64,000 bases of DNA from Antedon mediterranea (lineage: Eukaryota; Animalia; Echinodermata): the NCBI RefSeq assembly GCF_964355755.1, contig NC_092679.1:21869432-21933431 (forward strand), in the 5' to 3' direction. Position 1 is the first letter of the stretch; each line of letters opens with the position of its first letter. Below are positions 24,601-36,441 of the stretch, piece after piece. The notes beneath the pieces are model-generated. The model did not search any database. It saw only the letters and a program-made list of their open reading frames with translations, and was not told the DNA's origin. The translations under genes were made by a program, and so were the position numbers.

Positions 24601-27371
24601 ATTCTAATTCATCACTACATATGAAACGTAAATCTTAGGGCTAAGATAAGTTTTTTGTATTTTTAGAACATTTTATCCAAATAAGGGATGATTTATTGTA
24701 GGATTATAGCATTAAGTGTGTTTAAAGTGCACAATTTATTCAGTACTTTTTCAATAAGATTATTTTTTGTCTTTGTTTAAAAAAAAGTGTTTTTATTTAA
24801 ATTTGTGCAATATCGTTTAAATGTTCATAAATTACTTTAGATTCTTTGTCATATAGAATAGTATTGTATCGTATTTTTCTGTTGAAATCACCTTTGAATC
24901 AATTTATTTAGTGTAATAGATCAAAACAAAATTAGTTGACTTACTACATAGTTTGTTATTGCTAGGCCTAATCATGAATGATAATATGTAGCTGTTTGTT
25001 TTTTTTATTCTAGCTATACTCAGTAAAAATGTCAATTAAGTTCAACCACCTCTAATGATAGAGCAGGGAGCTGTTATTAGCCCGGATAGAGTTAGCAGTC
25101 AGCTTTCCCAATTAATGCTCTGCCTACACTATCCAACTTTATGTGACAACAAAATGTGATGTGCCCATATATGGACATGATGACATCATATCGCTACCAT
25201 ATTTGAGCACACACTGGTTTGATAGTGTAGACAAAGGTTAAGACGAATGTTTGAATTTCCATTTTGTATTGGGAGAGTTGACTAAATATTATAATAAAGT
25301 TTAGTTAGATAAGGTTTAGATTACTGTCTTATTAAACACATTAGCATAGACATCCATAGTACTATTCCATCCCATGTTTATCATTCCTTGTTCATCATAT
25401 TGTCACCGCAGGATTTTCATTAAGGCACTAAACCATATTCTAGTCAGTATCTAATAGAGAGAGCTTTTGAATCGATTTTCATTCACCTAGTAGCTGTAGT
25501 ACCTAAGCCTCGATCAGAGACATCACATATACTATATTATCACAGCAGTTGTCCTACACTTAGCCCTATACTTCCCTACCTATTTTCTCAGTCCGTAGAT
25601 CACCATTTCCTCCCCCTACCATCACCATACTAGATACCTAATCCTTCCAGTTTTTTCCCCCCAGTAGGTCGAAATGCCTAAAGAACAAGTTGTAGCCTAT
25701 TCATAATTTGTCGTGTTGAGATCCATTTTAGATGTATATAGATTAAATATGTACAGTACACATTAAGTTGAATTTCAGTATTCAGTATCCAAATAGTTCT
25801 ACTTAAATTGATTTATTGTATTATAATTAAGGTACAATTTTGTTTCCATTTATTTTATGTTGATATATATAAATTTCTTATGCATTACATTTTTTTGTAA
25901 TGTCCAATTAGGTAATTTTTTTTCATATACGTCCGTGTGTGCAATAGATTGTACAAAATAATAACACCTGTATTTGTAATAGAGAAATGGCACCACCAAT
26001 AATGTTCAAATCAATTTTAATCCTATTAATTATTTATTTTTAATATAATAAATGTTTCAGCTTACTTACAATATTTCATGTATTTATATTCAACTAGTAT
26101 ATATATCACAAATTTTACTTTTTTTTTTTTTCATGCTTTTTCCTACACATATGATTTCAATATTTTTCAAGCACATACAAATGTTAATGTTTCTTAATTC
26201 CATATACTAACATTCAGCCAGTTTTAAAAAAATTAGGCACAATTTGGATGCCAAATTGGCAGCCATCAAGCCTCCAGGAAAATGTTTGTTTTGGTATTCA
26301 GGAAAGTAAAAAATCTCTCACATCTCCCGACAATCACCGTCAGTTGTTTTATGATATTTCAAGTGATATCCCGTCTCCTGCTAAAGGTGGAATTTCTCCC
26401 GATTGATGGTATTGGATATACAGTACCTTGTATACTACAATGGTATATAGGGATAAATAAAATTGATAGCAAGGGTGGAAGAAAAGGTGGGATGGAGTGC
26501 GATGTGTAGGATGTTGGAGAAGGGAGAGAGAAGAGACTTATTTACTACACTACACCTGAATACCATAAACAGTCATTTTCATGCATGCCATCCTGTTGCT
26601 TTATTTTCCTTTTATTTGCTTGAATATCTGTGCACGTACTGAACAGTATAAACTTTTTTGTTTTCATATTTTGTGAATATTAACATTTTTCTTATACAAT
26701 TTTATTTTCAGCTTTTTAAACAACTTTATTTGACATTTATCAATTTTTCACAATAGCATACAAAAAAAACTCTTTACTTAACAACAAAGATGAGAAAATG
26801 CACTAAAAATGTATACATTTTGTTTATAAAGTAGAACCTCTATTAAGGGGACACCTTCTTCAAACAAATTTCCTAATATGGCTGTACCATGAATAGGTGT
26901 TGGTCATAATGCTAAAACATATATGTCCCCTTGTTTGTTTTATGAGAAAGTGGCCCTTTAATAAGATGTCTCCTTAATAGGATGTCCAATTAATAGGGTG
27001 TCCCCTTAATAGGGGGTGTCCCATTAATAGGGTGTCCCATGAATAGGGGTTTCCCCTTAAATATGGGTTTCCCATAAATAGGCTGTCACTTTAATAGGGC
27101 GTCTCCTGAACCCTAATATGGGGCCCCATTATTAATAGGATGTCCCCTTAATAGGATGTCCCCTTAATAGGGTGTCCCCTTAATAGGGGTTTCTCTTAAT
27201 AGTGGTGTCCCCAGAGGAGAGTTCTACTAATCTATACTTTTGTACAATGTTAATAGGTATTTCTTTCAATATCTATCTAATTTCAATGTCTCCTATTCAC
27301 AGGCCGAGTCCAATAATGAACGTATACAAGTAGCAGACAAAAGGGCCAAGGATATATTAAGAAAACAGTAA
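2546..27371 (+). CDS. SNAP25: Synaptosomal-associated protein 25 (Qbc-SNARE), multi-exon, 5'-partial; alternative exons 4a/4b and 8a/8b
   Basis: GT-AG exons 2546-2587, 4828-4876 (or 8767-8815), 19603-19720, 20547-20681, 21430-21574, 23733-23795 (or 27303-27371) join in frame: [78 protein letters not shown]. Exon sizes 42/49/118/145 match vertebrate SNAP25 as recalled. Confidence 0.97.
4828..4876 (+). CDS. SNAP25: SNAP-25 alternative exon 4a [16 protein letters not shown](E)
   Basis: cttag| 49 nt |gtaaga; contains the zero-layer Gln of SNARE motif 1. Confidence 0.93.
4948..5006 (+). promoter_or_regulatory. 5' arm of predicted long-range intronic RNA duplex (pairs with 8625-8678)
   Basis: 4948-4966 aacactcattggttgaaag is the exact reverse complement of 8660-8678; 4976-5006 pairs with 8625-8654 using G-U pairs and bulges. 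Confidence 0.8.
8625..8678 (+). promoter_or_regulatory. 3' arm of predicted long-range intronic RNA duplex (pairs with 4948-5006)
   Basis: ctttcaaccaatgagtgtt at 8660-8678, ending 88 nt before exon 4b. Confidence 0.8.
8767..8815 (+). CDS. SNAP25: SNAP-25 alternative exon 4b [16 protein letters not shown](E)
   Basis: Polypyrimidine tract + tcatag| 49 nt |gtggtg; same length and phase as 4a, synonymous divergence with protein conservation. Confidence 0.88.
9196..9403. mobile_element. Degenerate MITE
   Basis: Imperfect inverted ends attctactgcag..ctacattt / aaatgtag..ctgcagtagaat; related fragment near 44055-44100. Confidence 0.55.
10475..11340. repeat. 21-bp minisatellite GAGTGGGAGTGAAGTATCCRT, degenerate edges
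   Basis: Tandem units visible; explains the 7-aa periodic ORFs 10551-10913 and 10744-10968. Confidence 0.9.
11465..13775. repeat. 22-bp minisatellite GAGTGGAGAGTGAAGTATCTAG, about 105 units
   Basis: Homogeneous purine-rich tandem array in the SNAP-25 intron. Confidence 0.97.
14985..15692. repeat. (ATC)n trinucleotide microsatellite
   Basis: About 700 bp of catcatcat with cac/caa/tat variants. Confidence 0.97.
17736..17880 (+). mobile_element. tRNA-derived SINE (degenerate)
   Basis: A-box-like gtagtggagctggtgg and B-box ggttcaatcc; homologous to the minus-strand element at 56040-56568. Confidence 0.6.
19603..19720 (+). CDS. SNAP25: SNAP-25 exon 5 with palmitoylation Cys cluster CCGICTCPW
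   Basis: tttcag| 118 nt |gtaata; [38 protein letters not shown]. Confidence 0.95.
20547..20681 (+). CDS. SNAP25: SNAP-25 exon 6 (linker, QPMRV motif)
   Basis: ttttag| 135 nt |gtatct; [45 protein letters not shown]. Confidence 0.93.
20961..21030 (+). mobile_element. tRNA-like SINE head remnant
   Basis: ggcacaatagcttagcggtt ... ggttcaaatcc ... tgcca: A/B boxes but no convincing anticodon arm. Confidence 0.5.
21187..21342. mobile_element. MITE family A
   Basis: agctctgtctaca ... gtgtagacagagct. Confidence 0.8.
21430..21574 (+). CDS. SNAP25: SNAP-25 exon 7 (SNARE motif 2)
   Basis: ttttag| 145 nt |gtgagg; [48 protein letters not shown]. Confidence 0.96.
21808..21971. mobile_element. MITE family A (further partial copy 22376-22464)
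   Basis: agctctatctacac ... tgtagacagagat. Confidence 0.8.
23217..23339. mobile_element. MITE family A, one end truncated
   Basis: Internal family sequence and right TIR gtgtagacagagct. Confidence 0.75.
23733..23795 (+). CDS. SNAP25: SNAP-25 alternative terminal exon 8a [20 protein letters not shown]
   Basis: TACTAAC at 23665-23671, pyrimidine tract, caacag acceptor, phase 0; aligns to vertebrate ADSNKTRIDEANQRATKML. Confidence 0.9.
   Translation, partial: AQSNVGRISVANERAAKLLK
25116..25239. mobile_element. MITE family A
   Basis: gctctgcctacactatcc ... tttgatagtgtagaca. Confidence 0.7.
26829..27228. mobile_element. Tc1/mariner-like MITE family C with internal ~17-bp tandem expansion
   Basis: agtagaacctct ... 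gagttctact ends; internal aatagggtgtcccctt repeats; relatives at 13846-13929, 41495-41940, 49903-50043. Confidence 0.65.
27303..27371 (+). CDS. SNAP25: SNAP-25 alternative terminal exon 8b [22 protein letters not shown]
   Basis: ttcacag acceptor, phase 0; same heptad layer residues as 8a. Confidence 0.92.
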   Translation, partial: AESNNERIQVADKRAKDILRKQ

Positions 27372-30300
27372 CATATGAAGATGATCTTATAATGTGTTTG
27401 TGCTAAATTTTCTACTTCAAGTGACAACCAATTTTTAATATGAAATAAAGATACTCAAAATAGAAGTTATGATTAATAGAATAAATTACAATGACTGAAT
27501 TAATGTTTTACAAGTTATGAAAATGAATTTGTAAAAAAATCCCAGAAAGTTTTTGTGTAAAACAAAGAGTTAACAAAAAAAAAATGTATTGTTAATTTGG
27601 CCCATAAATTATATAATCACTTTGTCCCATAAATTAAACTAAATATGTAATAATTTTTATTCTCATAGATTACTTTAAATATGATATTTCAAACAAACTT
27701 AACTAAAATCTCTTTTTATAACAAATTTTTCGCTTAAACAACAATTGACATACATTTATACAGTACCAAAAGATCTACTGAATTTCAAGTAAAACAAGGA
27801 TTTTTGACTGTTAAATTGAAAACAAGTTTATAGACTTCAAAAAAATTATTAATAATAATAAAAGTTTAATAAAATATTTTAACCATATGATTTGTTTTCG
27901 TCATATGGTTGCATATGTTTATTTTTAATAACAATTCTTTGTATAAAAAAAAATGTTGTTATGCGGCATAGAATTTATGGATAAGGTATGTATGTTTGTA
28001 GCTGTCGTAATAAGCTAAATTTATTGTATTCCCTGTTTTCCAGGCATGTATCTCAGTGAAAATGTTTGTAGTATTTGTGATTTTTGTAGCATCGATTATA
28101 GTGTTATTTTTGTAGCACTTGAGCATGTTGATATATAGATTATATATGAATTTTTCTTTTTTTGTTACACAAACTATATTATATTAAGTATTGTTTAACC
28201 TTTTTTATGCTATATGATTTTTATAGGAATATTTCTTTGTATTAGTAAGCCAAAGTTCTTGATTTTAATTTCTATTGTTAATATTTTCCTAGATTTATGT
28301 TACTTAAAATAAACATTGTACTAAATCATATGTGACGTGTGTATTTCCACTCATTAAAATCTCCCCTTCCCAACTATAAGCCAATATAACTCAGCAATGC
28401 ACTGTACAAATAAAGAGTTACATCAGATAAGAGTAATTAAGGTGTATTCTAAAATAAATTAAGCTTAAAGAGAGGATGGAGAAGACAGAAATATTCACAA
28501 TAATACTGTATTGTTAAAAAATAAGTAGATATAATATATGTGTACCAGTGATATGTGAACATAGTAAAAGTATTGTACATAAAGTATAACAATTATTATA
28601 AATGTATTCTTATTTTCTTTAATTTTAAGTACTATATAATTAATTATAGGATGATAATAACTTAAAATGTAATAGATGTCTTTAAATTTAAGTTCTAAAA
28701 ATGATCTTCTAAATTGTTGTATACCAATGCAAAATTATCCATTCCATGGAGCAACCGTAATATTTTTAGTGTGAAATAACAAAAAAATGTCGTGCTTTGG
28801 GTATCCATATTGCACACAACTTATCAGATGTATGAGGAATGTTAGCTGATCAAGCCCATAGCCAGGGAGGTTCCCTTTGTTTCTGTGGGTTTCCCTTTTT
28901 CAAACTAGAGGCACAACTAGCCCAACTATCCCAGCTAATGATAAGGCTTTCCGCTTTGTAGAAAAAAAGCGACCCTCTTCGTCCAGGCTGTGGGCTTGTT
29001 TTAAACAAATGAATATTGACGTATTGAACAAAATGGCTGTAAAATTTTTAATCCATCAAATAACTCATTTAAGAGCTAATATAATGGAAAACGAATTTAC
29101 AGATATAACTAGTTCCTAGGTTGTCGTAAATCAAAAGCTCCATAATATCATAAAACCGAAATGCTCTTATATAACTGATTATATTCGTTGCTAAGTAACA
29201 GACAATGATTAGCATTAGAAAAACATAAATTTAGTCTTTCAAAATTTTGCTTGTGATGTAAAAAATAAATCAAAACAAATTACAATTGCGTTTCTTTTAA
29301 ATGTTTCCATTCAATAACTATAGGTGTATATTTTCATTTTAGATAAAATTTGATGGCCGTATTGATTCTGAAAAAAATGACGAAAAAATTGTTAAATCAA
29401 TTTTAGTTTTACTCTAATTGCCAATGGTGATATTTCTATATATTTTTTTATTATGATATAACAATCTGAATTGTTAAATTTCAAAATTTTAATAAGTAAA
29501 AATTATTTTTTTTTGTATTCCAATATTTTATCTGCTACTTTCTTCATGGTTTTGTATCATTTTTCATCTGATAATTTTTGGAAAATTGATTTTTCAATTT
29601 TTTGAGTCGTTTTCAATGCAGTCAATACATTTATCACTTTTTAGTATGTGAGTGTTAATAAATCAGAAAAAAAACTAACAGTATTTTGATCAATTCATTA
29701 ATTATCCAACCAAGCGGAAGTATGGCTTGGTTGTTGATTACCATTGGCTGATTATGAAGACGTCGTTTGAATTGCACGTTGGAGAGAACTTTGAACTGAG
29801 CCAAACAAATTCTAAAATTGGAAATATCAAAAGGCAATAAAGTCAAGTCAAAGTTCATAGTTTAAATTGCTGATAGAGGGCAGTATTCACTCCGATCAAG
29901 ATACTGTAAAATAATTGCTTATGCTAAAATGTATATTTTTTATGCTGAAGTCGTCCTTTTTTTACACCTAGGCACAAAATAATCAAAAGTATATGAACCA
30001 TTGCAGTTGTCTATGCTGTAAATTTCATTTTTCACCTCATGAAATTATTCGTACCATTGCACTCGTAAACAGTCATTATTTGTTACTTATCAAATAAGTA
30101 TAGAACTAGCAAGCACATTGAAAGCCATAAATTTTTAAAAGATTTCATGTTTAAGAATTTGTGTATCCGCCATACCACAGTACCTTTTTTCCAGTGTGAA
30201 TTATTAAATTAATAGCACCACTGCTGTAGGCCTACAAAATGTAAACTACTTTTCTTATTTTAAATGTAAAACAATCGTTTTAAAACAGATATTGATGTAC

Positions 30301-31028
30301 ATTTAGCTTTTTTCAGTGTCATTTGTACATACATAGAAATATCTGGGATTAAGGATGCCAGCGTAAGGACCGTAAACATACAAAGCTTCTTTTTTTTTTT
30401 GAGTCAAGTTTGACCTTTAACCTAGCGGTCAAACTTGTCAAGTTGTTCAGTCTTATAAATCCAGTGCTTATTCTGAATATTATCAGTGTTAATAAAGATT
30501 CAAATATAAAACAAAACTATGCGTAATTATAATAATATGTGTTTTTGTTGTTTATTATACAGTATTATTATTGCTTTAGAAAAAAAATTCTACAGATATT
30601 ATAGAAATATTAAATAAATAATTGTTTGTCCTGTAGGCCAGATTATTCCATTCATGTTCAACTTGAATATATAATTATATATATATATCCAATCTGCAGA
30701 CCGTACTGTTTCCATCTATATTATAGATATGGTATCTCGGATCAATGCTGTCATATTCGGCCGTAGAGGGGAATTCCCCTAGTCAACGTTGAGAGAGCTA
30801 TTTACCGACGTTAAACGATGCGTGACCGTTTTGTTGACACGTGACCAGTGACACCATCAGCTGATGTCTAGTTTTGACCAATCAGTAGCAACCAGTCGCA
30901 TCGCATGTGTACGTGTGTGAAAAATCCGAGGAAATCGGAATAAAATCGCAAACCGGTATCGTATCTCAAAAAAGACAGGTCTATTTTTACTAGCTAGTAG
31001 GGTAGGTCAGACAACTATCTGATAAGAA

Positions 31029-34000
31029 ATGGGAGGTACTGTATCTAGAGATGATTTTGAGTGGGTTTATACAGAAGAACCACATGTTTCAAGACGCAAA
31101 GCAATACTTAGTGAGTACTTACTGTAGAGTGTAAGCCTAGGCCTAGCCTATTTATATTATAATCATCAGGGTGATGGAAAATTCTGAGTGAGCTGTTCAC
31201 ACGTAGAGTCTATAGGCTAGGCCTAGTAGTAGTAGGGCGGCCGGCTATTAGGCTAGATCATGGAAACGAAATAGAGGATAGTTAGGCCTAGGCTATATAC
31301 AGCCTACGTACTAAGGCCTAGGCTAGCCTATATATAGGCCTAGTAGGATGATGGTTTTTGATTTACTTTTAATTTATAATATTTAAATGAAGGAAAGGGG
31401 AGAGGGGCTATTCTATTGTTAGGGCCTAGGCTACATACAGTATCTAACCATCATAATAAAGGTAAGTTTATGTACGAATATATGGGCCTATTCAATTTTG
31501 TTTTATGTTAAAATTATGTTGGGTATTAATAGGCCTAGAGGCCTATAATTATGACAATTCAAATAAATAATAAAGCAATGGAATAGGCCTATCTATAGAA
31601 ATAGGCCTAGTTAGTAGAGGCTTTTAGGTAAACCTAGGCCTATCCTTCAAAATTACAATTAAAATTTATTTATAGATTCCACTAAATTCAGAATTTCCAA
31701 GGTAGGCCTAGATCCTTCAACAAGAAGACTGTTTTTGTTAACTTTCTTAGTATTACTTGTTTGTACAGACAGATAATAAGACTAACTACCTTGTTGACAG
31801 CAATGCAAACAATACAAAAGCCTGTTCATATTTGCTTTGCTTTGTTGATTGTTTTTTTATAATCTTGTGCTGATATTATTGTCTAGATAACTAAATAAGG
31901 AAACATGCTACTGTCATTTTATTGATAGCATGATTACATAGGTAAATAACGTCCAAATTTGTTCCTAAAATAAGACAATGAAATGAAAACTAAATATTTA
32001 CAAGCAAATGCATTAAATTAGAAACCATCTTTAGAATTAGAAAAATCTTAATTTAATTCCAATGGGGTCCTTTAAAAACAGCATTGACAATCGCAACAAA
32101 CGGTATACTAACATATCAAACACGCATGACAATAAAATATGGCAGAGAAGATATACAATTTTAAAATATGAGACAAACAAAATTGGATGACCTACACTAA
32201 TTGCAAAAATAGGAGAGCTATGTCTACACTCTCAAACTATTTTGAAAAAAAAAGTGTTGTGCCCAAATATGATAGTGATATGACATCATGTCCATATATG
32301 GGCACATCACACTTTTTGTCACATAGAGTTTGATAGTGTAAACAAGGCTGAAGACTAGAGTAAGACTTCTTTTGTGTTCTGAAAACCCTTTGTCTAATTT
32401 CTCTCTAAAAAACATAGATGTATGCTACACATACAAATTTGTTTAGTCAATAATAACACCTGCAAAGTCTGAACTATAATCTTGAAAATGTCTATGATTA
32501 TTATTTGCCAATAAAATGTCCCATAAAAGCTTTGCTAGCGGAAGTTATATTGGCTATGCTTTGTATATGTCCATCTAAAGTTCAATTGTTTAGTTTTTAA
32601 TCACAAATGAAGTGAACTGAATGACTTTTAGGGTGACCTTCAATCTACAAATAGGTATTATCAAAACCGATTTGATTTAGGTAATTGTAAATCATGCACC
32701 ATCTTCTACAAAAGGTTTGATTTAATAGAAAGATTAACATTGGTCTGAATGTATGCCTGGCTGGGAAGATTAAATGAAGGATTAAGCTTATAAATGTGTA
32801 CAGTATCAGTACCACTCTCTCTGATTGGATTGGTCCTTAATCATCCAAATACTATGGTTCTTGTTAAAAATTATTATTTTTGTTAAAATAGGAAATGTTT
32901 AAATTGACTAATCAGGGCTCGAAATTAACTCTTTTTTTTTCTCTGCGCATATTGTCAACTCTCCCAATACCAGATACCTTTGGGCTGGCCTAATATGTCT
33001 GGTTTTCTATAAAGTCTGGTATTTAATTCCTTAAAAATTGAATTTACAGTCTTTTTTACAAGTACTGTACAATCAAAAGCATAAACTAGAAGTGTGACAT
33101 TTTTGCTTGCTTTTGAAAATTTGGAAACAAAAATGAGTAGTTTGTTATAGTAAATTTTGTGCCCAGATAAATATAATCTGATAATACTGACTAAATATTT
33201 AATTGATACTATTCAATTTTACATTTAAATTTTTTCAGAAAAATATCCGGAAGTTAAGAAGTTGATGGGTCATGATGACAACACAGCTTCTACCATGGTT
33301 GTTATGGTATTGACCCAGGTCTTGACCAGTTACCTACTCCAAGACCAGTCATGGTTGACCATACTAATAGTAGCATACTGCTTCGGAGGCGTAGTCAATC
33401 ACTCTATGACACTTGCCATTCACGAAACCGGACATAACCTGACGTATGGCCACGGTCATCCGATGCGGAATCGTCTGATAGGTTTCATCGGTAACACCAT
33501 ACTCGGTGTACCAATGTCGGTTTCGTTTCGGCGCTACCATCATGACCACCATCGTTATCAAGGGCAGGAACATATGGATCCGGATATACCAACTCATGCA
33601 GAGGGCGTACTATTTCATAATAGAATCACGAAAATGATATGGATGTTTTTCCAACCGTTGTTTTACACTCTACGTCCATTTTTTTTACGACCAAAAGTTC
33701 CCGGACGTTTAGAATATTATAATCTCACGGTACAGTTAATATTCAATGTATGCCTTGTGTATTTCACAAGTTATAAATCGTTGGCATATTTATTGCTTTG
33801 TACTTTTATAAGTTTAGGACTTCACCCGATGGCGGGACACTTTATTTCAGAACATTACGTAGCTGTTGGAGATTATGAGACGTATTCGTATGAAGGGGCG
33901 TACAATTACCTAGCTTTCAATGTTGGATATCACGTTGAGCATCACGATTTCCCAAATATACCGGGCAAGAATCTACCACTGGTAAGTCTTATTTCATGCT

Positions 34001-34522
34001 AGAGTATGCTTATAGCAAACTTTCCTTTATGGAGGGTAAACAATTTAACATTGAGCCGAAACAAAAGGAACATGTATTCTGTCTAATAGTAAACTTAGTA
34101 TAATTTAATAACTATAAAATAAAACAAATAATATTTTATTTGTCATTGAATTAGTGACACATTTTAAGGTATGCTTAAGTCAACAGATAACAAGAACGCT
34201 CGTGTCAACTGAAAAGTATGAGGGCGCTTCTGTCACCATGAAACTGATTGCTAAAACTACTTTAGATTGGGCTGATGTCATAACCCAGTTGAGTTCATGT
34301 CGGCCTTACAGTAACGTCCCTTAAAATCCTATGTTATATTTATAACTTCATATTTTTCAGGTTCGTAAAATCGCACCAGAATTCTACGAAGACCAGAAGT
34401 GTCATGAATCGTTCACGGCTGTTGTTTGGGACTTCATTATGAACCCTGAAAATGGACCATTCAACCGTATCAGACGACCCGACGCGCGCGACCCAAGTCT
34501 ACCTGATCCTTGGATACGTTGA
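31029..34522 (+). CDS. DEGS1: Sphingolipid delta(4)-desaturase DES1-like, copy 1 (328 aa)
   Basis: Exons 31029-31110, 33239-33981, 34361-34522. [20 protein letters not shown]-terminus; His boxes HETGH, HHDHH, HVEHH; three-exon DEGS structure. Confidence 0.96.
32216..32349. mobile_element. MITE family A
   Basis: agctatgtctacac ... gtttgatagtgtaaacaaggct. Confidence 0.7.
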
Positions 34523-34628
34523 GCAATAATTGGGTAACATCACAATGTTTACTATTTGTTTATGAACACATATGCATTTAATATGGAATGTGGAGAACTA
34601 GGTGGTAGTTTAACTAAGGCAAGGCTAA

Positions 34629-34956
34629 AGCTACTTTCACATTGCACCAGGATTCAGTCCCGCGCCCTGAGAAAAATATTGTGAGCGTTGCGCACGCGTG
34701 CTTTCACACCGAGAATGAATTTGGTTGTCAAGTGATGTCATTCATGCTCAATGCTGATTGGATGAAAGAAATAAATCGTACAATTTCAGAAACAAATGGC
34801 TACTTGATCCATTGCTACTAATTCAGAGCTTGAATAACGTACGGATTTATATTGTACGAATTTGGTGTGAACAATGCTATGCTTTGCCACTGAACCCATT
34901 TTCCACAATATTTTTCTCAGCACCGGACCGAATCCGGGTGTGATGTGAAAGCAGCT
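34629..34956. mobile_element. PIF/Harbinger-like MITE downstream of the DEGS copy 1 stop
   Basis: About 55-bp imperfect TIRs agctactttcaca..gagaaaaatattgtg / cacaatatttttctc..tgtgaaagcagct; TWA flanks. Confidence 0.75.
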
Positions 34957-36441
34957 TTAAACAAGGCTGATTTGATATCACATATAACACAACAATTACT
35001 AGTATTTATTAGTCCGATCTGACTGTATTCTGTTGTCTATACAAATAGATCAATCCATGATGAACCACTGCCTTGTTGACAAAGTATTCTCTCTGCTACT
35101 AGTTTCAATCCCTTGTGAATGCATACTAGTCTTGTTTACACTCCAGTATTAGTTTGTTTAGCCTCAGTAGATGACTCGAAGAGTCGCTGATGAGCCACAA
35201 AAACAAAAAATGCATTGTAGGCCAATCACAACGTTTCTTTGAGAATTTTAGTGATGTAAATGTAATAATTAAATTCTAGGATTCAAAGTACAGTATATAA
35301 ACTTTAATCCTAGGCCTACCATTATTTGCTTATTATATTGAGCTCATATTTAAAAAAATGATCTATAAATATTAAAAAGGTCTACATTTTTATTTTACTA
35401 CTTAGAGATGATTTTGTATTTTTACTCTGAACAAAAAATGTATATACTGCCCTCTGTAGTTACCATGTGGCATGATGTTTATAAGTAGACTCTAGGTGGT
35501 GCTGTTGCTTTTTTCTTGATTTTGCAAGTTCTTCCTGTACTACCTTAATGTTATGCTGCAGACACACAACATTTACTTTTAATATAATTTAGCTTAAATA
35601 CAGTTATTTATAGTATTAAGGCAATATTAGTTTAGAATATGACATTTGGAGGCTTAAAGTATTGGTGTTCAATGAAAAATGAAGGAATAGTAGAACGATT
35701 TTGCAATATTTACTTAACCAATCAACTACATAACTGCTATATTTGGCTAAAGTAAATTTGTTTAGTCTGTTTACTTTAGCCATACTAATTCATTCACTAT
35801 TGTACTTAACTGGGAAGTTTGTTGAAATACCAGTTGAAATGAACTGATATGAGCTTGTACAGTATTACCAAGTACCACATGACTAATAATACCATCCTCC
35901 CTCATATTATTTTTATGGACGGTGGGTTACTGTGTTCACCACTATACCCTAGAAACACACAAGCATGGGTACAACTCTCCCAAATTCTTGATGACTTCAA
36001 ACTAATATCCCAAATTCTTATGTAAAATCTGAAAACCGAATATTTCCCGAAAACAGGTCACTCTAGTCTGAACAACCATGTCATCATAGTCAAATTATTT
36101 AGCTGGTTAGGTTAAGTACATTTAGGAAGGTAATCTCTTCTTTTTCTGTTTAGGCAAATGTGACCGAGGAAGAAGAGATTACAAACATTTTATGGTTTAT
36201 TAATTCCATTAGAATACCATTACAATACTAGAGACTTATTTCTTGCTTTTTGTTGGTTATACAATGCCACTATATTTAGTTTTTATCAGATAGAATATAA
36301 ACCAATGACATCAGAGGCATGCTAGATTCTAAACAATAAATTTGTAAGTACACAGTATATACCAGGCTCCTGTTAGCTGCTATACTGTAACAAATAAATG
36401 TATTTATACAGTACTATGTGTTCATATCAGCTATTTTCTAA

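Noticed and set aside
5691-25625. Possible pairing of G-rich 5691-5706 with C-rich 25609-25624 (would couple exon 4 and exon 8 choice), or of 5694-5702 with 4983-4991
   Set aside because: Short, low-complexity G/C tracts with several alternative partners; not distinguishable from chance by eye.
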